Source of the DNA: Halobaculum roseum
GTDB taxonomy: Archaea; Halobacteriota; Halobacteria; Halobacteriales; Haloferacaceae
Reading direction: 5' to 3'
DNA: 24,000 nucleotides
Assembly (NCBI RefSeq): GCF_019880245.1
Contig: NZ_CP082286.1
Location: 676,521-700,520, forward strand
The position numbers and the translations under genes were made by a program. This document shows, one piece after another, positions 7,517 to 15,212 of this stretch (positions are counted from its first letter, which is position 1; every line of letters begins with the position of its first letter). The notes beneath the pieces were generated by a model. It was not told the origin of the DNA. It saw only the letters and a program-made list of their open reading frames with translations, and made no database searches.

Positions 7517-8851
7517 ATGAACTCCGTTGTGTTTTTAAGTGTAGACTGTCTTCGTGCTGACCATCTCGGCTGCTATAATTACGAGAGGCCGACTTCACCA
7601 AACATAGATGATTTCGCTAACTCCGCGACTATCTACAAGCATGGGTATGCAAACTGTCCAGGAACTCGATGGGCTTTCCAATCCCTCCACACGGGTGTTT
7701 ATACGCATCAAATTGATGGACTAGGAATCCCGGATAGGTATACACCGTTAGCAGCCCTTTTTTCGAACGCAGAATACGCAACTGGCGGATTCGCGGTGAA
7801 CGCTTTCGTGAGCCGGGAGTACAATTACAATAGGGGATTCGATACTTTCTACAGTGTTTCAGAAGCCACAGGCACGAAGCCGATCATCAAGCGTATCGGT
7901 AAGAAAATTAGTGATAAAGTAGACAACGAGCGGTTGGATGAGTGTGTTCTTAAACCGGTCAATAATATTCTCCGAAACCAGTCAACAGGAGATTCAAACG
8001 AATATAAACCGAGTCATACGGATAAAGATTCGGTTGATCAGGCACTTCATTTTATCGAACAACAACAAACTGCCGACAATGAGTTCTTCTGTTGGGTCCA
8101 TTTTATGGACGCCCATACCCCGTACGGCTACTGGCCAAAACATCTCGAAGCAATCCGGGGAAATAGCTCTATTGAGCACACAATTCAACCCGGCGAGGAA
8201 GGCAAAATTGCCGTCGGCGAAAATCCCCCAAAAGACGTAATCGATACCTACGATGCCTGTATCAGGAGTGTTGATGAACAAATTGGACGGGTCCTATCTG
8301 CAATCGACGAAAACACGACAGTGATACTGACCGGTGACCACGGCGAGGAGTTCGGTCAATACAACGACTTCCACAGTGCCTCGCTATACAGCAGCATGAC
8401 GCAAGTGCCAATCATCGTCCGCACCCCGTCAATTCCAACCGGTATCGTTGAGACCCCCGTCCAGCATTTAGATTTACCACCGACAATGTTAACAGCAGCG
8501 GGGATTTCAGTTCCAGATCACTTCGAAGGCGTGTCCCTCCAGACAATCAACCGTACCTCTACTGACCCGATTTTCTTCTCGTTGGGCAAAAATCAAATCG
8601 CCGTCCGGAAAGGGATCTATAAGTATATCGAGGAAAACGGCTCAACGGAACTCTATCGCGTTCCCCACTCGGGACAAGAAACCGACTCCGTACTCAACGA
8701 GAATAAGGAAATCGCCGAAAAATTACAGAAGCTTATTGAGGACCACCGACAGAGGCAGAGTATCGGCGAAGGCAAATTAGAATTGTCTAAGGGGCAAGAT
8801 GATCTCTCCGACGAGATTGAAAAGAACCTTGAAGACCTAGGCTACCTATGA
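7517..8851 (+). CDS. Sulfatase-fold (alkaline-phosphatase superfamily) hydrolase/transferase with a divergent active-site motif
   Basis: N-terminal VVFLSVDCLRADHLG (metal-binding Asp region), NCPGTRWAFQSLHTG at the position of the C/S-x-P-x-R signature, HFMDAHTPY, and TGDHGEEFG (GDHG block). Confidence 0.88.
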   Translation: MNSVVFLSVDCLRADHLGCYNYERPTSPNIDDFANSATIYKHGYANCPGTRWAFQSLHTGVYTHQIDGLGIPDRYTPLAALFSNAEYATGGFAVNAFVSREYNYNRGFDTFYSVSEATGTKPIIKRIGKKISDKVDNERLDECVLKPVNNILRNQSTGDSNEYKPSHTDKDSVDQALHFIEQQQTADNEFFCWVHFMDAHTPYGYWPKHLEAIRGNSSIEHTIQPGEEGKIAVGENPPKDVIDTYDACIRSVDEQIGRVLSAIDENTTVILTGDHGEEFGQYNDFHSASLYSSMTQVPIIVRTPSIPTGIVETPVQHLDLPPTMLTAAGISVPDHFEGVSLQTINRTSTDPIFFSLGKNQIAVRKGIYKYIEENGSTELYRVPHSGQETDSVLNENKEIAEKLQKLIEDHRQRQSIGEGKLELSKGQDDLSDEIEKNLEDLGYL

Positions 8852-8949
8852 ACACACCACTATAGTTCCGTTTCAGACCTAAATCGCCACTTCTCTGAAC
8901 AATATCAGGTGTCTCTCGAATACGATGTTTCGGTCATACACCGCTTATA

Positions 8950-8964
8950 GTAGTCATAGCGGAT
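8950..8964 (+). repeat. Upstream copy of an exact 15-nt direct repeat GTAGTCATAGCGGAT
   Basis: Identical 15-mer at 9136-9150. The flanks are also similar (cgcttata|GTAGTC... versus cgctaat|GTAGTC...). Confidence 0.8.
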
Positions 8965-9039
8965 TCATCTATATGAGGCAGTAATGCTAGTTCTGTCAGG
9001 ATAGGAAGATTATTCAGGGACGTAGTAATACACCTGCAT

Positions 9040-10056
9040 ATGTTAGATTGGGAAGACCAAACTGTCCTAGTGACGGGCGGAGCCGGGTTTATCGGTTGCT
9101 TTCTTACGGAGAAGCTTCTCGGCCGCGACGCTAATGTAGTCATAGCGGATAACTTCTCACGTGGCGACTTCAACAAAATATCTCATCTCGAAGACGAAAT
9201 CGAGATTCGTCCCGTCGATTTGACGACACACAAAGGCTGTGTCGAAGCTACCGAAGGGGTTGATCAAGTTTTCCATCTTGCCGCTTCAGTAGGTGGAATC
9301 CACTATATTCAGCGAGAGAATGTCCATGGTCTTACTCCATCGGTGCTCATGAACCAGCACATGCTGGAAGCCGCGAGGATTAACCATATTGAGAGCTTTA
9401 TGTTCGCCTCCTCTGCTTGTGTCTACCGGCAACAACATGACGGTCTGAATCGGTTTTCTGAGGAGCAAGCTATTCCAGCCAATCCTCACAGTACATACGG
9501 TTGGGCGAAGATTCTCGGTGAGGTCGCTTGTGATGCATATCACACAGACACAAGTGTCGATACTGGCGCTGTCCGTATCTTCAACTGTTACGGTCCACGC
9601 GAGAGCCTTAACCCTGACAGTAGCCATGTTATTCCCTCTCTGTGTCGTAAGGCTATCGAGGCCGAAGACGGGGATAGCATCGAGCTCTTCGGTGACGGCA
9701 GTCAAGAACGCGGGTTCATCTACGTTACCGACTTGGCTGAAGGCATGATTAGAGCGATGGAAGAGAAAACCGATGGCGAACCCATTAATCTCGGAAATGG
9801 CGACGAAGTCGTCTCTATCAATGAACTCGCAGAAACAATTGTTGATATCAGTGGTAAGGACCTCGAAATCGAACACGACCTCTCGAAGCCTACAGGGACA
9901 GACAAATATGCTATCGACGATACGAAAATGAAAAACGAACTCAATTGGGAACCAAGTATATCGCTCAAAGAAGGGCTCGAAAATGTATATGAGTGGGCAG
10001 AGTCTGAGCTCGAAGGAGCTAAGCAGAAAGCAGTCGCAAACGGAGGAAACCAATGA
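9040..10056 (+). CDS. NAD-dependent sugar-nucleotide epimerase/dehydratase (extended SDR), paralogue 1
   Basis: Rossmann motif VLVTGGAGFIG; catalytic SSACVY ... YGWAK (S...YxxxK); RIFNCYGPRE; 338 aa. Confidence 0.92.
   Translation: MLDWEDQTVLVTGGAGFIGCFLTEKLLGRDANVVIADNFSRGDFNKISHLEDEIEIRPVDLTTHKGCVEATEGVDQVFHLAASVGGIHYIQRENVHGLTPSVLMNQHMLEAARINHIESFMFASSACVYRQQHDGLNRFSEEQAIPANPHSTYGWAKILGEVACDAYHTDTSVDTGAVRIFNCYGPRESLNPDSSHVIPSLCRKAIEAEDGDSIELFGDGSQERGFIYVTDLAEGMIRAMEEKTDGEPINLGNGDEVVSINELAETIVDISGKDLEIEHDLSKPTGTDKYAIDDTKMKNELNWEPSISLKEGLENVYEWAESELEGAKQKAVANGGNQ
9136..9150 (+). repeat. In-gene copy of the exact 15-nt direct repeat GTAGTCATAGCGGAT (encodes VVIAD of epimerase 1)
   Basis: Identical to 8950-8964, 186 nt upstream. 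Confidence 0.8.
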
Positions 10057-11069
10057 GCTGGGACGGTGAACGCGTTCTCGTTACAGGCGGTGCCTCATTC
10101 ATTGGATCGCACTTAGTTGAAGATCTCGTCGCGGAAGGGGCGAACGTCCGTGTCGCGGATGACTTTTCTAGTGGAGAAACTGGAAACATCGAAGCTGTCG
10201 AGGACGAGATCGAAATCCTTCGTGGAAATCTAAAACACTGGGACTTCGCGGACGAGGCGACCGAAGACATAGATACGGTCTTCCATCTCGCAGCCGACCA
10301 CGGCGGGCGGGGATACATCTCTCAGTACCCCGCGAACTGCGCCACGAACATGGCGCTGGACAACATCGTCTACGAGGCCGCCGCGAAGAACGGAGTCGAC
10401 CGAATCAGTTTCGCCTCCAGCGCCTGTACGTATCCGACTGACATCCAGCAGGAGCGCCAGCGCCTCAGCGAGGACATGGTGAGCTTCGAGGAACGTGGAG
10501 GCGCCTACGCTGACGAGGTGTACGGCTGGGCGAAGCTCATGGGTGAACGCTCGCTCCAGGCGTACAACGAACAGTATGACATCGATACCAGCGCCGTTCG
10601 GATCTTCACGGCGTACGGCCCGCGTGAAAACGAAACCCACGCGATCGTCGCGTTCATGGCGAAAGCCTACGCCGGACAGGATCCTTTCCAGATCTGGGGT
10701 GACGGCGAGCAGACGCGGAACTTCACCTACGTGAAGGACATCACGCGCGCACTTCGCCTCGCCGCCGAGAATATCACTGACGGCACCCCGGTCAACGCCG
10801 GTATCAGTCGGTACGTGACGATGAACGAGGCCGTCGAGATCATCTTCGACTATCTCGACTGGGAGCCGGACGAGATCAACTACATGACGGACAAGCCGGT
10901 CGGGGTTCGCCATCGTGCGGCCGACACCACCCGTGCTGAGGAACTCCTCGGGTGGGAACCCGTGTACACCGTCGAGGAAGGGATCAAGAACACACTCGAT
11001 TGGTACGTCGAGAATCGCGACAAGGAGTACGTTCGGGAGAACCTCGAAACACTCCTCCACGAGCGCTAA
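10053..11069 (+). CDS. NAD-dependent sugar-nucleotide epimerase/dehydratase (extended SDR), paralogue 2
   Basis: VLVTGGASFIGSHLV, SSACTY ... YGWAKLMGE, RIFTAYGPRE. It is also 338 aa and roughly one-third identical to paralogue 1 by eye. It overlaps the upstream gene by ATGA. Confidence 0.92.
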   Translation: MSWDGERVLVTGGASFIGSHLVEDLVAEGANVRVADDFSSGETGNIEAVEDEIEILRGNLKHWDFADEATEDIDTVFHLAADHGGRGYISQYPANCATNMALDNIVYEAAAKNGVDRISFASSACTYPTDIQQERQRLSEDMVSFEERGGAYADEVYGWAKLMGERSLQAYNEQYDIDTSAVRIFTAYGPRENETHAIVAFMAKAYAGQDPFQIWGDGEQTRNFTYVKDITRALRLAAENITDGTPVNAGISRYVTMNEAVEIIFDYLDWEPDEINYMTDKPVGVRHRAADTTRAEELLGWEPVYTVEEGIKNTLDWYVENRDKEYVRENLETLLHER

Positions 11070-11090
11070 CGCGCGACGCGGATTTTCCTC

Positions 11091-12329
11091 ATGGCTGACG
11101 CAAACAAAGAATACGTACTCGTCACGGAGTATTTCCACCCGGACACGGCCTCGACCGGCCAGCTCATGACTGACCTCGCTGTCGGACTCCGAGAGCGGGG
11201 TCTGGATATGACCGTCCTCACCGGCCAGCCGAACTATCACAGCGGCGAGAACGAGAAGCAACCTCGCGTGTCCACGCATGGAGGGGTCCGGGTGAAGCGC
11301 ATTCGGGCACCCCAGGTTCGACAGTCCTCGATTCCACGGCGTCTGTTCAACTGGGGGATCTTCACCGTCTGGATGTTCGTTGTGATGCTCCTGAGCCGGA
11401 CCGAGAAGGAGCGCGAGGTGATCTTCGTCTCCAACCCTCCCTTCCTCCCTGTTGCGATGTGGCTCGTCTGTCGGATTCGTGGGTGGGACTACACCTATAT
11501 CGTCTATGACCTCTACCCCGACCAGCCAGTCGAACTCGACTACATTCCCGAAGGGAGTATTCCTCACCGGATCTGGGATTTCTTCAATCGCCGTTCCTTC
11601 CTCGCGGCGAACCACATCGTCGCGCTCGGCCCGGTGATGAAGAATCGCATCAGCCGGAACGCCGGCCCGAAGTTCGACGAGAGCAAGGTCGAAATCATCC
11701 ACAACTGGGAGGACGAGGACTTCATTCGACCCAAAGAGAAAGCGGAGAACTGGTTCAGCGAGGAACATGGCCTCGTCGACCAATTTACGATCCTCTACTC
11801 GGGGAACATCGGGGACTTCCACGACCTCGAAACCCTGGTTGAAGCTGCGGCGGAGTTCGAGAACGAGAACGTGGGCGTTCTCATCATCGGGGAGGGAGAT
11901 AACAAGTCAAACATCGTCTCGCTGGCCGAAGAACTCGGCATCAGAGGAGAGACGGTCGAGTTTCTCCCATACCAGCCGTGGGACGACCTCCCCTACAGCC
12001 TCACATCAGCGGACGTCTCCGTCGTTACGGTCAAGGAAGGGTTCGAGGGCATCTGTGTCTCCAGCAAACTCTACACCGCGATGGCCGCAGGCGACCCCGT
12101 GCTTACCATCGCTCAACCGGACGACGACGAGTCTCGAATCGTCGATCAGTTCGACGCCGGGATCCATGTGTCACAGGGGGACGTGGAAGGGATCGTTGAA
12201 GCCATCGAGCGTTGGCGATCGAAGCCGGAACTCGTCGAGGAACAAGGCGCCAATGCCCGGGAAGCGTTCGAAGAGAACTTCACCGCCGACGAGTCGATCG
12301 ACCACTACTATCGGATGCTGGCGGAGTAA
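11091..12329 (+). CDS. GT-B glycosyltransferase, family 4 (WbuB/WcaI-like)
   Basis: The N-terminus VLVTEYFHPDTASTGQLMTDLAVGLRERG...TGQPNY is typical of WcaI/WbuB-type GT4. The C-terminal half has the GT1-domain pattern (ILYSGNIG, GEGDNK, FLPYQP, VVTVKEG..G..VSSKLYTAMAAG.PVL). Confidence 0.88.
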   Translation: MADANKEYVLVTEYFHPDTASTGQLMTDLAVGLRERGLDMTVLTGQPNYHSGENEKQPRVSTHGGVRVKRIRAPQVRQSSIPRRLFNWGIFTVWMFVVMLLSRTEKEREVIFVSNPPFLPVAMWLVCRIRGWDYTYIVYDLYPDQPVELDYIPEGSIPHRIWDFFNRRSFLAANHIVALGPVMKNRISRNAGPKFDESKVEIIHNWEDEDFIRPKEKAENWFSEEHGLVDQFTILYSGNIGDFHDLETLVEAAAEFENENVGVLIIGEGDNKSNIVSLAEELGIRGETVEFLPYQPWDDLPYSLTSADVSVVTVKEGFEGICVSSKLYTAMAAGDPVLTIAQPDDDESRIVDQFDAGIHVSQGDVEGIVEAIERWRSKPELVEEQGANAREAFEENFTADESIDHYYRMLAE

Positions 12330-12332
12330 CCC

Positions 12333-12851
12333 TCAGAGCGTTCGAGCCCGCCGAATGATCTCCTCGTAGCCCGGTTCGATATCCTCGTCTTGCGTTTCGA
12401 AGGCGTTCATCTCCCAGAAGCGTGCAGCACCTGCATCCGATCCCGGCTCTGGGTGGCCGTCCGTCACACTTCGATCAACTCGATAGATAATGACTACTAC
12501 GTTCTCTCGCTGTCCCGCAGTCACGAACGCGGTATCGAATAATTCGAGATCCTCAGCGGAAGCACTCACTCCCGTTTCCTCTTCGAGTTCACGGACAGCT
12601 CCGGTTGCGGGAGGTTCATCGTATTCGAGAAATCCCGCCGGAACGCTCCACGTTCCAATACCTGGGGGCTGGGTTCGCTTCACGAGCAATACGCTTCCGT
12701 CGTCCACAACTAGGACGCCAGCGCAGGGCTTAGGATTCCGGTAGACTGGTTTCTCACACGAGGTGCAGTACGCTCGGGGACGGTCCTCGATCACTCGTGA
12801 AGTCAACGTATCGCCACAGTCGGGGCAGTACTGCGGCGCCTGTTCGTCCAT
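12333..12851 (-). CDS. Nudix hydrolase with N-terminal C4 zinc ribbon
   Basis: CPDCG...CTSCEKPVY zinc ribbon followed by the Nudix box GFLEYDEPPATGAVRELEEETGV. The listed ORF begins at a TTG (12881); the ATG at 12851 (MDEQAPQYCPDCG) is preferred. It is convergent with the GT4 gene with a 3-nt gap. Confidence 0.88.
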   Translation of the reverse strand: MDEQAPQYCPDCGDTLTSRVIEDRPRAYCTSCEKPVYRNPKPCAGVLVVDDGSVLLVKRTQPPGIGTWSVPAGFLEYDEPPATGAVRELEEETGVSASAEDLELFDTAFVTAGQRENVVVIIYRVDRSVTDGHPEPGSDAGAARFWEMNAFETQDEDIEPGYEEIIRRARTL

Positions 12852-12905
12852 ATGCTCACCAGCGGATACTCCGATAAGCAAGTTGCTGTCGGTCGGAATT
12901 CGATA

Positions 12906-13043
12906 CTACTTGTGCGCGTGTTCTTCGCAGTAGAACACGATACGCCCCCGAACGTCGATATCGTGGTATTCGGCGGGGTCATCACAGACGACACACTCAC
13001 GCTCACCCCCGTGCTTGGGCTTTTGTTCCAAGAGCTGAGACAC
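12906..13043 (-). CDS. Possible small zinc-finger protein (45 aa from GTG; 59 aa if TTG at 13085 is used)
   Basis: This frame is absent from the ORF track because it has no ATG and is under 60 aa. It reads (V)SQLLEQKPKHGGERECVVCDDPAEYHDIDVRGRIVFYCEEHAHK*. It has a CxxC...CxxH arrangement, acidic composition and mostly G/C third positions, and it lies in an otherwise unassigned 290-bp gap. The start codon is uncertain. Confidence 0.3.
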   Translation of the reverse strand: MSQLLEQKPKHGGERECVVCDDPAEYHDIDVRGRIVFYCEEHAHK

Positions 13044-13169
13044 AGGGTGGAGTCCGGTGGCAGACTCTTTGGTATAGACCGACAACCATCGAACAATCGG
13101 GACCTATATGAGCAGAAGTTATATCATTGAATCGCTCTCGACTTCGGATTCCTATCGATCAGAGTCACC

Positions 13170-13406
13170 TCACTCTTCCCGGGGATCGGTGACGAACCGG
13201 TACAGTCCCCGATTCACCTTCTCAACCCATCCCGCATCAACGAGTCCCCGCAACGATCGGTTGATGTATTGTCGGCGAATGTCTAATTGCTCCTCCATCC
13301 GTTTCGGGTTCGCATAGCCCCATGGACGTCCCTCTTCTCGTCCGTCTTTGAGAATATCGAGAATCGCCTCCTGGCGGTTATCGGGCTTGAACCCCTCGTT
13401 GACCAT
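13170..13406 (-). CDS. Small winged-helix DNA-binding protein (PhiH1-repressor-like / MarR-like wHTH)
   Basis: 78 aa. The pattern RQEAILDIL...YANPKRMEEQLDIRRQYINRSLRGLVDAGWVEKVNRGLYRFVTDP shows a recognition helix plus wing, typical of small haloarchaeal proviral or plasmid regulators. Confidence 0.8.
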   Translation of the reverse strand: MVNEGFKPDNRQEAILDILKDGREEGRPWGYANPKRMEEQLDIRRQYINRSLRGLVDAGWVEKVNRGLYRFVTDPREE

Positions 13407-13520
13407 AGTACCACGAGAAGAATCCCGGAGCCATTTACAGATTCGGGGATAGCACTCGGCTAGTTCTTTTAGAAGTTACAAAGTAACAGTTAAGCGAAGG
13501 TGAGGTTAACTGCAGTACGA

Positions 13521-13582
13521 GAAGCGCGGGATCCCGACTCAGAAGTGGGGTCGGTGCTGGAGACACCGGATCCCCGCGCTTC
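13521..13582. repeat. Imperfect inverted repeat / nested hairpin upstream of the LAGLIDADG gene
   Basis: GAAGCGCGGGATCC (13521-13534) pairs with GGATCCCCGCGCTTC (13568-13582; one extra C). An inner pair CCGAC/GTCGG lies in the intervening sequence. Confidence 0.6.
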
Positions 13583-13675
13583 GCCACCACGACGAAGCAT
13601 GACGAACACGGAGAGAACGCGGCAAGAACCCATCGAACAGATTTCCGACTACCACCAGCGACAGGGGAGGGTGAC

Positions 13676-14653
13676 ATGATGCGCTACGAGTGGCTCGATG
13701 AAAGCATAGACGAGCTCGCCGAGCGCTACGATGCTGGCCAGTCACTCCGAGAGATCGCAGACGAGTTCGGCGTCTCGACACCGACGATCCACAACCGGTT
13801 GAAGGACCACGACGTGTCGATGCGAAACGGCGGTCCGGAGTACGTCCGCTTGGAACACAGAACCGACGAACTCGTCGCCCAATACGTCGACCACGACCGC
13901 TCCGCCCAAGCGATCGCCGACGACTACAACACCTCTCGTGCGGCGATCCGGTATCACCTCGAACAGGCGGGTGTCGACTACACGCCACCCGCTTCGAAGA
14001 CGGCGGACCTCGATTTCAACCCGTATCAGGTCTCGCTCATTCAGGGCGAACTCCTCGGTGATGGGTGCCTCCACCGTCGAACGGACGAGGGGTGCTTCTT
14101 CCAGCTCTCGACGACAACGGAGTCACATGCGGTGCGACTTATCGAGAACCTTCCCGAGAGCCTCTTTCCGGACGGCCAGCCAAACAAGTTCACCCGGGAG
14201 AATCACTTCAACGGGGAGGACTACACGATGTGGACGGTCACGTCACGTCCTCAGTCGCGCTTCGAGCAGCTGTACGAGGATTGGTACGAAGTTCGGGAGG
14301 AGAACAACCGGAAGGTCGTCCCGGAGGCGTTCACTCTCGACAGGACCGCGCTCCTCCATTGGTATTGGGGCGACGGGAGTTGTTCGATTCGTGACCGCGG
14401 AGCACCCCGAGTCAGTTTCGCAACACACGGGTTCCCGGAGGCCTCCGTCGAACACCTCCGATCCGAACTGGATCGCCTGGGCTACGACAACTACGCCGTG
14501 GAACAGACGCACGTCGAGGACGGCTCCGGCCTGTTCATTCGCCTCCGAGACTACGACGCGCGCTCATTTCTGGAGGACTTCCGCCGGTTCAGTTCGCTCC
14601 CCGAGTACGACCACAAGTTCCCGGTTCCGATACGGGAGGACGAGTCCGTGTAG
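13676..14653 (+). CDS. Free-standing double-motif LAGLIDADG homing-endonuclease-like protein with two N-terminal HTH modules
   Basis: Two LAGLIDADG-type motifs are present, IQGELLGDGCL and LLHWYWGDGSCS, about 100 aa apart. The N-terminus has two sigma-70-region-4-like HTHs (GQSLREIADEFGVSTPTIHNRLKDH; RSAQAIADDYNTSRAAIRYHLEQAG). Confidence 0.85.
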   Translation: MMRYEWLDESIDELAERYDAGQSLREIADEFGVSTPTIHNRLKDHDVSMRNGGPEYVRLEHRTDELVAQYVDHDRSAQAIADDYNTSRAAIRYHLEQAGVDYTPPASKTADLDFNPYQVSLIQGELLGDGCLHRRTDEGCFFQLSTTTESHAVRLIENLPESLFPDGQPNKFTRENHFNGEDYTMWTVTSRPQSRFEQLYEDWYEVREENNRKVVPEAFTLDRTALLHWYWGDGSCSIRDRGAPRVSFATHGFPEASVEHLRSELDRLGYDNYAVEQTHVEDGSGLFIRLRDYDARSFLEDFRRFSSLPEYDHKFPVPIREDESV

Positions 14654-14693
14654 GGTTCTCAGTCACTGTCTGCGACTGTAACCACCGCCCCTA

Positions 14694-15212
14694 ATCACCT
14701 ACGCCCACCAGCGCGACCAGAACGGGCTCGCACACGCCCTCCTCACCGTCGAGGAGCACATCGACGACGACTTCATGCTCATCCTCGGCGACAACGTCTT
14801 CGAGGCGAACCTCCAGGACGTGGTTCGCCGACAGGCCGAGGACCGAGCGGACGCCGCGTTCCTCGTCGAGGAGGTCCCGATCGAAGACGCCTCACGCTAC
14901 GGCGTCTGTGACACCAACAAGTACGGCGAGATCGTCGACGTGGTCGAGAAGCCCGATGACCCGCCTTCCAACCTCGTGATGACCGGCTTCTACACCTTCA
15001 CCCCCGCCATCTTCCACGCCTGCCACCTGGTGCAGCCCAGCGACCGCGGGGAGTACGAGATCAGCGACGCGGTCGGATTGCTCCTAGAGAGCGGCCGGAC
15101 GATCGACGCGATCCCGCTGGACGGCTGGCGGCTGGACATCGGGTACCCCGAGGACCGCGACGAGGCAGAGCGTCGCCTGAGCGACGAGGTGGAGCCGGAA
15201 GCCGAAGCCTGA
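14694..15212 (+). pseudogene. 5'-truncated sugar-phosphate nucleotidyltransferase (RmlA/GalU-like); N-terminal ~75 aa including the GxGTRLxPxT loop are missing
   Basis: The frame is open from the stop at 14679 and reads ITYAHQRDQNGLAHALLTVEEHIDDDFMLILGDNVF...VEKPDDPPSNLVMTGFYTF...GEYEISDAV...DGWRLDIGYPEDR. This matches the central and C-terminal parts of the NTP_transferase fold. No N-terminal nucleotide-binding loop is present, and the only ATG is internal (14775). Confidence 0.8.

Noticed and set aside
9286-10053. 255-aa minus-strand ORF
   Set aside because: It is fully antisense to the well-supported SDR epimerase 1, has low-complexity odd composition and shows no motifs.
10230-11822. 530-aa ORF on the minus strand, the second-longest ORF in the window
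   Set aside because: It is antisense to two strongly supported genes (SDR paralogue 2 and the GT4). Its product is Arg/Val/Asp/Pro-rich with no motifs. Long shadow ORFs like this are typical of GC-rich DNA.
11767-12369. 200-aa plus-strand ORF and other short ORFs inside the GT4 gene
   Set aside because: This is an alternative frame of the GT4 gene. It is Ser/Arg/Thr-rich with no motif.
13521-13582. Considered whether the palindromic GCGGGAT...ATCCCCGC segment is a tRNA or a tRNA-fragment att site
   Set aside because: The paired ends are only ~53 nt apart. There is no D-arm or T-arm (no GTTCRANNC), and no anticodon-stem geometry. It is kept only as an inverted repeat.
13938-14681. 247-aa plus-strand ORF; also 13539-13988 (-) and 13742-14074 (-)
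   Set aside because: These are alternative or antisense frames of the LAGLIDADG gene. The products are extremely Arg/Ser/Thr-rich, the off-frame signature in GC-rich DNA.
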